DNA of 64,000 nucleotides, taken from positions 126-64,125 of the forward strand of contig JAHJGX010000253.1 in assembly GCA_018824205.1 (NCBI GenBank), written 5' to 3'. The first letter of the stretch is position 1; the number at the start of each line of letters is the position of its first letter. Origin of the DNA: a bacterium. GTDB taxonomy: Bacteria > Fidelibacterota > UBA2242. Under the pieces are notes generated by a model, which made no database searches, was not told where the DNA came from, and saw only the letters and a list, made by a program, of their open reading frames with translations. Shown here piece after piece: positions 1 to 8,675 of the stretch. The position numbers were made by a program, and so were the translations under genes.

Positions 1-14
1 TTTCAAACCTGGCC

Positions 15-512
15 GTGCCGGTGATTCTCTTCGTTGTGGTTGTCCTCGGCTTCTTTAAAAAGATAAAAGTCTACGAAACCTTTATCGACGGCGCCAAGGA
101 GGGATTTTCCGTTGCGATAAACATTATTCCCTACCTTGTTGCGATTCTGGTCGCAATTGGCATGTTCCGGGCTTCCGGCGCTATGGGCTTCTTTATTAAA
201 ATCCTGTCGCCCCTGACCAATCTGATCGGTATGCCCGCGGAAACCCTGCCCGTGGCCCTGATGCGTCCGCTGTCGGGTAGTGGATCTCTCGGTATCGTTA
301 CGGAACTGATGACCCAACACGGCCCCGACTCCTTTATCGGTCGGCTGGCGTCCACCATGTTCGGCAGTACGGAAACGACTTTTTATGTGATTGCCGTATA
401 CTTTGGCTCTATTGGTATCCGTAAGTCCCGTCATGCGATTGCATCGGGACTCATCGGCGATATGGCCGGTTTGCTGATGGCGGTTTTTATCTGTCAGATC
501 GTTTTTGGGTAA
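15..512 (+). CDS. spmB: Spore maturation protein B family (nucleoside recognition/gate domain) membrane protein, possibly 5'-truncated by the window edge
   Basis: VYETFIDGAKEGF, LMRPLSGSGS, GSTETTFYVIAVYFG motifs typical of SpmB. Confidence 0.9.
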   Translation: MPVILFVVVVLGFFKKIKVYETFIDGAKEGFSVAINIIPYLVAILVAIGMFRASGAMGFFIKILSPLTNLIGMPAETLPVALMRPLSGSGSLGIVTELMTQHGPDSFIGRLASTMFGSTETTFYVIAVYFGSIGIRKSRHAIASGLIGDMAGLLMAVFICQIVFG

Positions 513-560
513 TAACAATCCGCAAGATGTAAGAAAACCTTCTGCCGACGAAACAAGAAA

Positions 561-720
561 CCATCCTAAATCTGTCTGAATTCCGTTCGCATCAGAAAAC
601 ACCCTTGATGGTTCCGTCATGATGGCGGCGCCATATAGACCGATATAAAAACAACGTTATTGAATAGCACCGATGCAATAATCTGAATATTCCACCAGTT
701 TATCACTGATTATCAGAATA
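561..720. repeat. Repeat A copy 1 (160 bp direct repeat)
   Basis: Matches 1596-1755 at 156/160 positions by manual alignment. Confidence 0.97.
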
Positions 721-943
721 TTTTTAAGTGTTTCTCAATAGTGTCAGCAGATAGATCAGCACCACAATCCCACTCTATAAAATATCCACCATTTATAATC
801 TTCTTAAATGCATTTTGATTTTTCAATTCTGTAAAAGCTTCATATTTTAAATATGGACTAACGTCAAAAATCCCTTCCCGTCCATCTTCTGATATGATGT
901 GTAGGGTGCGATCTTTGTTTGGTTTTATTTTTACTATTTTCAT
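713..943 (-). CDS. DUF2442 family putative antitoxin
   Basis: 76 aa, FDVSPYL...IEWDCGADLSADT pattern; 4-bp overlap with the upstream DUF4160 gene. Confidence 0.85.
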   Translation of the reverse strand: MKIVKIKPNKDRTLHIISEDGREGIFDVSPYLKYEAFTELKNQNAFKKIINGGYFIEWDCGADLSADTIEKHLKIF

Positions 944-1212
944 TGATCAAGTCCTTTAATTTTGAAAGGAGTTTTACCATTTACTGCAAGGTTCCAATCA
1001 GCCAGTAAATCTTCCTGATGAATTTCAATCCAGGCTACTACTAATTTTTGTTTCCTCGGAGATATTTTACCTGCAAGCAATTCACCATCAGGAATAGAAA
1101 AGACTGCCACTTCCTCCTGATATTCAGCGTGAATATGTGGAAGATTATGTTTTTCGATATCTCGAAAAAACATCCGAATTAAAATTCCATAAAACATTGA
1201 AATAGTTGGCAT
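940..1212 (-). CDS. DUF4160 family putative toxin
   Basis: MPTISMFYGILIRM...HNLPHIHAEY...WIEIHQEDLLADW signature. Confidence 0.9.
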   Translation of the reverse strand: MPTISMFYGILIRMFFRDIEKHNLPHIHAEYQEEVAVFSIPDGELLAGKISPRKQKLVVAWIEIHQEDLLADWNLAVNGKTPFKIKGLDQ

Positions 1213-1373
1213 TTAAATCTCCTTGAAATTATTATCGATTCATTCATAAACCGTTTAAAATTAAATTTAATCTTAAAGCAATCAACTTTTTTTATTCTTT
1301 TATATGCTTTCTGTTTCACCTTTTTTTTCTGAATGAATTATTTTACTGCAAGATTTTCTCAATATAACGATAT

Positions 1374-1452
1374 AGTGAGTGGATTGATTCCATGTAACAT
1401 CCTCGCTATTTCAACGCTTACAAATTAAAAGATATTTCAAATTAAAACAAAT
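1374..1452. repeat. Repeat B copy 1 (79 bp direct repeat)
   Basis: Matches 3642-3720 with 1 mismatch. Confidence 0.97.
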
Positions 1453-1573
1453 AATGTTTTTATTTTCAAATAATATCAAGATTTTCGATTATCCTTCTTT
1501 TGCCGCATCCTTAAGGGAAGATAACCGTTGTTTTTTCTTTACATTTTTACAAGAATTTGAGAATTAAGAGACT

Positions 1574-1593
1574 AAAATAAAACTATTTGGTCA
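1574..1593. repeat. Repeat C copy 1 (AAAATAAAACTATTTGGTCA)
   Basis: Identical to 8611-8630. Confidence 0.9.
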
Positions 1594-1595
1594 AG

Positions 1596-1755
1596 CCATC
1601 CTAAATCTGTCTGAATTCCGTTCGTGTCAGAAAACACCCTTGATGGTTCCGTCATGATGGCGGCGCCATATAGACCGATATAAAAACAACGTTATTGAAT
1701 AGCACCGATGCAATAAACTGAATATTCCACCTGTTTATCACTGATTATCAGAATA
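1596..1755. repeat. Repeat A copy 2
   Basis: Matches 561-720 with 4 mismatches. Confidence 0.97.
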
Positions 1756-1816
1756 ATTCAAAGCCGTGCAAATTCCAGTTAGGGGGCTTAGTTTCCCATC
1801 GGGACTCCGCTGATAG

Positions 1817-1934
1817 GAGCAACCCCTGCTTGTTCCAATGGAACTCCTCTGGAGCACTCTGACGCCGAATTAAAGATTTTCGGCCATCGTTATTTTATTT
1901 ATATGGCGTCAGGTGCGAAGCAGATTCGTTAGGT
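1817..1934 (-). mobile_element. attC-like integron recombination site (after the 265 aa ORF)
   Basis: Minus strand: ACCTAAC (R'') then CTGCTT-C-GCAC-CTGACGCC pairing with GGCGTCAG-A-GTGC...AAGCAG, ending GTTGCTC (imperfect R'); a short extra hairpin lies in the right arm. Confidence 0.65.
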
Positions 1935-1963
1935 ATAGTATGAATTAGCTAAAACAAGTTATT

Positions 1964-2761
1964 TCATAATGAATTATCTTGACTTGCAATAATAAGAACA
2001 CCATGCAAAAATATTTCCGTAGAATTGTGAATTTCATATCGATATATGCCTGGATTAACATATTCTCCTAAATAACTCTTAACATCCCATCGCTCCATAC
2101 TATCATTAAACTGAGAAGTGTGTAAAAGAGAATTAATAAATTCACCCTGTGAATTATAGATTACAATTGCACATGTATCTGGAAGATGAGAGAAGACTAT
2201 TATTTTATCTCCACGAGAGGCTTCTATAGTACTTGAGCCAAAATAAGGGTTTGGAAAAACATTAGGTGAAGTACCTACATTTGTTGTATCTAAAAAAAAG
2301 TTTAGATTTAAGTCCTTGAATAAATATCTATCGTAGATATCCATGATTCCTGATTCAATATGAAGTCTATTACTGTTTTTTAATTGAAAAATAGAATCAA
2401 TTCCATCTTGATAGCATACTTCTGTTTCTTTTATTATTGCTACTGTTTTATTCCTCTCATCGTACCAGATCGTTTGTTCTTCGTCATTAAATAGGAACAT
2501 TTTTGATAATTCAATTTTCTTTACTTCCAGTTCAACAATTTCGTCATACACCATTAAAGATTCATAAATAGAATCAGCTTCTAAACTAAGAATATTTAGA
2601 GAATCAGAAAAAGTAATAATTATTCCAGAATTTTCAGGTACTATTTCTTTATTAGCAATTGAGAATGTTAATGTAAGAAATTCTTTGTTTTCTAAAATAA
2701 TGTTGTCTTCACATGAAAATATGATGAGAATAATAAATAAAACACTGGATTTTTTTAACAT
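1964..2761 (-). CDS. Putative lipoprotein with C-terminal T9SS-CTD/FlgD-Ig-like domain (cassette ORF)
   Basis: Lipobox-like IFSC; C-terminal VFPNPY...FSHLP...IYNSQGE...WD...GIY; AT-rich. Confidence 0.7.
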   Translation of the reverse strand: MLKKSSVLFIILIIFSCEDNIILENKEFLTLTFSIANKEIVPENSGIIITFSDSLNILSLEADSIYESLMVYDEIVELEVKKIELSKMFLFNDEEQTIWYDERNKTVAIIKETEVCYQDGIDSIFQLKNSNRLHIESGIMDIYDRYLFKDLNLNFFLDTTNVGTSPNVFPNPYFGSSTIEASRGDKIIVFSHLPDTCAIVIYNSQGEFINSLLHTSQFNDSMERWDVKSYLGEYVNPGIYRYEIHNSTEIFLHGVLIIASQDNSL

Positions 2762-2787
2762 ATATTACCCTTCTATTTCCGTATTAT

Positions 2788-2926
2788 ACCTAACGGTCAA
2801 GGTATGAGATACGGCGATTCACGAAGCGATTCGCTTTTGTTTTCCGACAATCTTCTGAAAAATCGGCAAACTTCAAATTCTTCGGACAGCTCAAGCCGTT
2901 ATCTCCATACCATAGATTTGTTATTA
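2788..2926 (-). mobile_element. attC-like integron recombination site (after the HEPN ORF)
   Basis: Minus strand: TAATAAC overlapping the stop, arm GGTATGGAGATAACGGC pairs with GCCGTATCTCATACC leaving unpaired bases on the R''/L'' arm, ends GTTAGGT (perfect GTTRRRY); 139 bp. Confidence 0.8.
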
Positions 2927-3616
2927 TAGTGATTCAACGATTTTATAATAATGGTCTTTTAGTAAATCAATAATTAAATATTCAAAAAATTCTGATAAAA
3001 ATACAGATTCTGTATAAACTTGGTTTTTGAATTCGTTAAACATAAAATTTTTGGTACTCGTAGAACCTAAATCATCAAGGTGCGATAGTGCTATGTCATA
3101 GGGTAAACAAAAAAAAGTATCTATAATTCTTTCTGAGGTACTTATCAAGATATAGTTTTCCTCTTCCTTTAAATTAGTATTATCGATATACTTTTTTACA
3201 ATATCTTCATCAAAATGGAATGATAATTTATTCCTAATTTCTTTTAATATCTTACAGAAATTATCAGGATTTTGATAATCATATTTATTTTTTAGATCAA
3301 TATATTTTTTAGAATTAACCTTTGATAATATTTTTTGAGGTATCTTTTTTTCAATATCTTTTTTGTATGTTTTTATAACTTCATATAAGGTTGATGATAA
3401 TAGGATTAATAAATCTACTGTATTTTTTGTATGGATTAATTTATCTGAAGATTCTTGTTGTAAATTATCTTCATAGATTCGCTTTAAGATAATTCTTAGT
3501 GCATTAATAAGTCTTGATATTTGTATTGATAATAAAAATTCACTTCTCTTAAACTTTAAAAGTTTATCATAATCTTTCACTTTGAGTTTAATATATGTCT
3601 TATCCATAAGAAACAT
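2924..3616 (-). CDS. Putative HEPN-domain (AbiU2-like) nuclease (cassette ORF)
   Basis: RNKLSFH (Rx5H) at 3215-3235 in a predicted all-helical, very AT-rich ORF. Confidence 0.6.
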   Translation of the reverse strand: MFLMDKTYIKLKVKDYDKLLKFKRSEFLLSIQISRLINALRIILKRIYEDNLQQESSDKLIHTKNTVDLLILLSSTLYEVIKTYKKDIEKKIPQKILSKVNSKKYIDLKNKYDYQNPDNFCKILKEIRNKLSFHFDEDIVKKYIDNTNLKEEENYILISTSERIIDTFFCLPYDIALSHLDDLGSTSTKNFMFNEFKNQVYTESVFLSEFFEYLIIDLLKDHYYKIVESL

Positions 3617-3641
3617 CTGTTTTAGTAAAATCTAGCTATAG

Positions 3642-3720
3642 AGTGAGTGGATTGATTCCATGTAACATCCTCGCTATTTCAACGCTTACAAATTAAAGGA
3701 TATTTCAAATTAAAACAAAT
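3642..3720. repeat. Repeat B copy 2
   Basis: Matches 1374-1452. Confidence 0.97.
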
Positions 3721-3727
3721 TTGGATT

Positions 3728-5680
3728 TTACTTCAGAATTATAAGAGTCTCATCGCCTGAAATATTTCTGATCTTCATCCGCAACGGCTTTTTTTTATCA
3801 CTTAGGATTTTTCCATCCCAGAATTCTTTAGTTTTATTACCATCGACTATCAGATAACCGTTTTTATCAATCTTTAATTCCGTATCGCTCTTCCAGATAC
3901 CTTCTTTATTTGTGCAGTCCAGACTGATAAGTTCAATGAGTTCCAGACCTTCTTCGCTGATCTCAATAGGAGTATATTTTTTCCCGCTTTCTAATCGCTG
4001 TAATCGTCCCTTTTCGTTGAACTCATGAATCTTCTGGTTCAGGCGATCGCTGATAAACCGGGTGATTTCGATTTCGTACCTGGCATCTTTTTCTTCGATT
4101 CTATATTCAACAATATCATCCACCACAATATCGTGCAGTAAATTCTTTAAATCCTTCAGTTCAACTTCTATGGCAGTCGGATTATTATCCCTGATAAATT
4201 TCTCTATCTCCTTATAATCGTCGACATCCACATAATAGATAATCACTTTCTTGACGTCGATCTCAAGGATTTGCAATTCCTGGTTGATAATCTTATTGAT
4301 CAAAGGTTTATCCAGCACTTTTTCCGTATTATCTATCAGGTTCGGCACATATACCGGAATTGTACCAACTTTCGTGTCTTGAATAACTCCGAACCAGAAT
4401 TTCCCAACGCCCTCGATGTTCTTCTGCAATCCCGGAATCAGCTTTGCCAGTTTGTCCATGGTCTGGGCCGGGTTACGAAAAAGACTAATACCGTCTTTAA
4501 TCTCCACTATCTTAAACTCTGCTCCCGCCTCGATCAGTCGATCACGGGTCGTTTGTATGGAATTGATGCCAACGTCCACATGAATAAATTTCCGACCAAG
4601 ATCATGGGCTACTTTCGCTGTGACTCCACTGCCTCCAAAGAAATCTGCTACTATCATATTTCTATTACTACTTGCTCTAATGATGCGTTTCAATAATTCA
4701 GCTGGTTTTTGTGTTGTGTAACCAACATTTTCGTCTTCCTTAAATGCATATGTACCAATCCCAAAATCGTTATTGAATAATTCAGCAACATTATCCTTAC
4801 CTATCCAAGTATCCCACACAGGTTGCGGCTTTTTTAATCTCGCTTCTTCTATTGCTTCTTCTTTTGCTAAAGAGGAATTATTTGAAATATATGTTTTTAG
4901 AAAATTCTTGCCTCCTCGACTACTTTCTTGTCTTCTTGTGTAATACCATCCTTTAGAATCACGTTGAAGTGAATTCCTAACATAATCTCCATATCCTCTC
5001 CTAGCCGGGAACTCGAAATACGCATCCTTATGTTTATAAAATAAAATTGTTTCATGTGATTTAGGATATAACGCTCCAGCCCCCATAAGGCCACAGACCC
5101 AAATAATTTCCGAAAAATCATATCCTGGAAAAACTTCATCAAGTAAGACTTTTACATAATGAACAATATTCCAATCCAGATGGACGTATATACTGGCATT
5201 ATCACTCATCACGGATTTGATTGCCATCAGGTTTTCATACATCCAGTTCAGGTAATCTTCCTTTTTCCAGATGTCGCCGTACATTTTCTCTTCAAATGCC
5301 TTTAGTTCTTCTATTTCCAGTTCCTGCTTGGCTTCTTTGATCTTTTCGGCCAGTTTCGGATTACGACGGATATAGACTTTCCTGGCGTAATCGGCGCCGC
5401 TGGCAAAAGGCGGATCGATATAGACCAGGTCGACTTTTATATTCTGCTCTTTCAGGTAGGCGCAGGCAGAGACACACTCGCCCCGGATGATGAGATTCTC
5501 CGGATTGTCACCACGGGTCTCGACCGTCTCCAATTCATAATAAGGCATCCCGCGCTGAATTTTGGAAAACACTTTATCATTTTCCCGGTATTGCAGCAGG
5601 CGACGGGTGCGGGTAATATTATTCAGGACCGCCTGTCCTGCAACGGTATTGGGTTCGTAGGGGATATATTTTACCGGCAT
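3728..5680 (-). CDS. mod: Type III restriction-modification DNA adenine methyltransferase (Mod)
   Basis: YIDPPF catalytic motif followed by TQKP and DFFGGSG SAM-binding motif (beta-class order); adjacent to a Res helicase. Confidence 0.88.
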   Translation of the reverse strand: MPVKYIPYEPNTVAGQAVLNNITRTRRLLQYRENDKVFSKIQRGMPYYELETVETRGDNPENLIIRGECVSACAYLKEQNIKVDLVYIDPPFASGADYARKVYIRRNPKLAEKIKEAKQELEIEELKAFEEKMYGDIWKKEDYLNWMYENLMAIKSVMSDNASIYVHLDWNIVHYVKVLLDEVFPGYDFSEIIWVCGLMGAGALYPKSHETILFYKHKDAYFEFPARRGYGDYVRNSLQRDSKGWYYTRRQESSRGGKNFLKTYISNNSSLAKEEAIEEARLKKPQPVWDTWIGKDNVAELFNNDFGIGTYAFKEDENVGYTTQKPAELLKRIIRASSNRNMIVADFFGGSGVTAKVAHDLGRKFIHVDVGINSIQTTRDRLIEAGAEFKIVEIKDGISLFRNPAQTMDKLAKLIPGLQKNIEGVGKFWFGVIQDTKVGTIPVYVPNLIDNTEKVLDKPLINKIINQELQILEIDVKKVIIYYVDVDDYKEIEKFIRDNNPTAIEVELKDLKNLLHDIVVDDIVEYRIEEKDARYEIEITRFISDRLNQKIHEFNEKGRLQRLESGKKYTPIEISEEGLELIELISLDCTNKEGIWKSDTELKIDKNGYLIVDGNKTKEFWDGKILSDKKKPLRMKIRNISGDETLIILK

Positions 5681-5683
5681 ATT

Positions 5684-8584
5684 CTAATCCTTTAAAAACG
5701 TATTTATTTTTATATTGACCTTTGCAAGGTTTACATTCAACTCATCCGAATCCGGCAGGTACAAGAAATCAAATTTCTGATAGCCGAATTTTGCTTTGTT
5801 CTGTTTAAGGAAGCTGGTTTCAACGAATTTCTTTTTTCCGACAAAATCAGGTTTATGGGCAAACCCCTCGCCCTTGGTTTCAATGATAAGGGCTTTGTAA
5901 ATCTCTTTACCCTTGCGTTTAATAATCAGAAAATCGGGTGTGTATTCACCGCAATTATTCCAGGAATTCCGCTCTTTGATAAAACAGTTAATTTTAAAAC
6001 CCGTAAGGTTGCGGGCGCCGTTATAATAAACTTCAAGCTTATTTTCGATGAAGTCCTTCAGTGTCAGTATTTTCTCAAGAATATCTTTTTCAAATCCGCT
6101 CTGATGAAAGTCGTATGGAATATAATGAAACGTCCTGTCTTTATTCAAAACAGCCGGGGAAGGCACGGTATGATTTTTAAACTGTTCAAAAGGCATGACC
6201 ATATTACCCAAACCGGATTGAATCAACCCATTCTTATATGCTTCGTATGAAAATTTTAATTTATCATCGTCAATGCTAACGGGCTGTTTGCTCTTATCTA
6301 AATCAAGTATCTTATTCGTATCGTCTTTATCAGGATACAATTTGTCGTTTTTTTCAACATCAAGGAGTTTATCAATAATCAGCAGTTTTGCTTTTTCGGG
6401 GATGACTTCGCTTGTTGTCTGTAGCTCCCGTTTAATACTGAATGCCAGTCTGATCTGAGAATTAACCTGGTAAACATCATAAAGATCATTAAAAAATACC
6501 TGGTTGTCTTTCCGGTAAGTTATTGTTTCAAAAATACTGTTTAATATTTTACGATGCTTGTCTAAATCCGATAAAATAATCTGATGAAAACTCTCTTTGG
6601 AAATATCGAACAACCAATGATTAAAATTAGCAGTTTGCTGACCGGTCTCTCGGATGAATTCGCGGGTTGCCTGGTCGAGATTTTCGATCTCTCCGGTTCT
6701 GATCAGCGCTGTTATTCTATATTTATCGATATTATCCAGCAATTTCTTCAATTTTTTTACCGTATTCGGATTATCTTCCTGATCGATGAAAGTATAATTC
6801 ACCTTCAGCTGGCAGAATTCAATTTCCGGCAGTTGCAGATGTTCCATGCGTGAATGTCTAACTACCATTTCAAGTGCAGGATTTTTTCCCAGACTATTGA
6901 TCTCATCAATACTGGTATCCTGCTCTTTTTTCAGCTGACTGTTCAGCGTTTTTGCATTGAATTCATTCAGCCAGATGACTGCTGTTTCCTCTTTATCTTT
7001 TTCTACCTGACGCAAACAGCGGCAACTGGTTTGGAGAACCATATTTTTCGGGCAATCGCCCTTTTGGGAGAGAATGACTCCGGTCAGACTGCGACAGTCC
7101 CAGCCCTCTTTACCAATCTGAGCCAGCAAAATATAGCGTATGGTCTTTGATGCTTCCATTCCCGGAATATCGAGCGAGTTAAATAACAGTTTATTCTCTT
7201 TCGGGATTTTATGATTTTTATTACCGTCATGATTTTTCAGTATTTCTTCCGGACTAATATTTAGTGTACTTGTTAAAAACGGATGTACCTCCTCTTCCAG
7301 AGGATCAATATTGCCACAATAGATAGCAAGTTTCGCAATAGCGCCGTTTTCATATACTTTATCACCATATATTTCCTGAAAATCTCTGACGCCTTTCTCT
7401 ATTATTTGAAGTTTATTCAGATTCTCGGCAATTTTCACTTTGGGAACTTTTAAAAAGGATTTGATCGCCGATACAAGCGGATAATAATAGACCGTATTGG
7501 TTATTTGAGAAAACTGGATAAACTCATTTTCTGCAATTTGGATTTTATCAGAACTTTCCAAATAAGGCGTCCCGGAAAATCCAAGCACAGTCGTAATATT
7601 GCCGGTCTGATTCCATTTATTTACGACTTGACGCAATTTTATATCGCTGTCCGTGGCATGATGAACCTCATCAATAAAGATAGAAAGGTTTGGGATTTTA
7701 CTAATCGCATTTCTTAATTCATTGGCGTATTCGTCTTTTTCATCTTCGGTTTTTTCAAATAAGTGCTGTTGATCATCCAGATATACCCGGTTCAATATCA
7801 CTTTCTCGGCGTTTACGACAAATACCCGACCAAATGGATCATGCAGACAGGAACTGACTTTTTGAGCATTAGGATTTTCCGCTTTGGTACTTCTCTTCGC
7901 GGATTTCGGTTGATCCAGGACTTCAAATTTGATCAATCGTTTGATGTTGCTCGCCGCCGGTTCCGGAAGCACCCAGGTCGGGTCGAAGTTAGCAATATTT
8001 CTGAGACTCGGCCCGATCGATGATTTTAAACCGGATGGAATCAGTACCAGAAAATTATGTGCAAAGTGCTTGTTTTCAGGTTCATTTTGAGCATAGTACA
8101 GATTCAGATAAATAATCGCCGCCATCAGGAAGGTCTTGCCCGCTCCCATCGGCAGACTCATCAGGTAATCCGGATAATCAATATCATAAAAAATGCTTTT
8201 TATGATCTTATCATAATCCAATTTGTCCGGATTATTGATAATCAGTTTTGCCAGATTTGGCAATATTTCCTTCCCGTTATTTTTTTGTAGTGAAAAGTCA
8301 TATAACGCATGGGCGTTTCTATGGTTTTTCAGATAATCTCTGGCTGTTTCGTTGATATTCAGTTTTGATAAATCGGAACCATTGGTAAAAAAACCTTCGG
8401 AAAACAGTTTCCAGAGCGGTTTATTTTCACCTTTAATTTTTAGAAACAAATAAGTTTCAATGGCTTCAATCTGGGTGTCGCGCAGTTCACCTTTGTTGCG
8501 TATATATTTTATGATTTCTTTTATGGTACAATCTTCTGATTGCAGCCATAGATTCGTTTTGGATTTTATAATCTGATTCAGCAC
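5684..8584 (-). CDS. res: Type III restriction endonuclease subunit (Res; SF2 helicase plus PD-(D/E)xK nuclease)
   Basis: PMGAGKT Walker A, DEVH, SGT, KEGWD, and C-terminal YTPDF...IIETKG. Confidence 0.88.
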   Translation of the reverse strand: MLNQIIKSKTNLWLQSEDCTIKEIIKYIRNKGELRDTQIEAIETYLFLKIKGENKPLWKLFSEGFFTNGSDLSKLNINETARDYLKNHRNAHALYDFSLQKNNGKEILPNLAKLIINNPDKLDYDKIIKSIFYDIDYPDYLMSLPMGAGKTFLMAAIIYLNLYYAQNEPENKHFAHNFLVLIPSGLKSSIGPSLRNIANFDPTWVLPEPAASNIKRLIKFEVLDQPKSAKRSTKAENPNAQKVSSCLHDPFGRVFVVNAEKVILNRVYLDDQQHLFEKTEDEKDEYANELRNAISKIPNLSIFIDEVHHATDSDIKLRQVVNKWNQTGNITTVLGFSGTPYLESSDKIQIAENEFIQFSQITNTVYYYPLVSAIKSFLKVPKVKIAENLNKLQIIEKGVRDFQEIYGDKVYENGAIAKLAIYCGNIDPLEEEVHPFLTSTLNISPEEILKNHDGNKNHKIPKENKLLFNSLDIPGMEASKTIRYILLAQIGKEGWDCRSLTGVILSQKGDCPKNMVLQTSCRCLRQVEKDKEETAVIWLNEFNAKTLNSQLKKEQDTSIDEINSLGKNPALEMVVRHSRMEHLQLPEIEFCQLKVNYTFIDQEDNPNTVKKLKKLLDNIDKYRITALIRTGEIENLDQATREFIRETGQQTANFNHWLFDISKESFHQIILSDLDKHRKILNSIFETITYRKDNQVFFNDLYDVYQVNSQIRLAFSIKRELQTTSEVIPEKAKLLIIDKLLDVEKNDKLYPDKDDTNKILDLDKSKQPVSIDDDKLKFSYEAYKNGLIQSGLGNMVMPFEQFKNHTVPSPAVLNKDRTFHYIPYDFHQSGFEKDILEKILTLKDFIENKLEVYYNGARNLTGFKINCFIKERNSWNNCGEYTPDFLIIKRKGKEIYKALIIETKGEGFAHKPDFVGKKKFVETSFLKQNKAKFGYQKFDFLYLPDSDELNVNLAKVNIKINTFLKD

Positions 8585-8610
8585 GCTTTAATTTATCCTT
8601 AAATAACCAA

Positions 8611-8630
8611 AAAATAAAACTATTTGGTCA
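8611..8630. repeat. Repeat C copy 2
   Basis: Identical to 1574-1593; lies just upstream of res. Confidence 0.9.
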
Positions 8631-8631
8631 T

Positions 8632-8654
8632 GTTCCAGAGTGCAACCCCGGAAC
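8632..8654 (-). terminator. Hairpin downstream of the E2-like gene
   Basis: GTTCCGGGG-TTGCA-CTCTGGAAC, 9-bp stem with G-U pairs on the minus strand. Confidence 0.4.
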
Positions 8655-8675
8655 AAAGTGGAAGGCGACAATAAT

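Noticed and set aside
3-620. 205-aa minus-strand ORF
   Set aside because: Antisense to spmB and running into repeat A; no protein motifs.
561-1755. Repeat A pair as DGR template/variable repeats
   Set aside because: Mismatches (C/T, A/G, T/A, A/T) are not adenine-specific on either strand, and no reverse transcriptase is present.
3728-5680. Phase-variable mod (phasevarion)
   Set aside because: No simple-sequence repeat tract near the 5' end; only a short A-run near the C-terminus.
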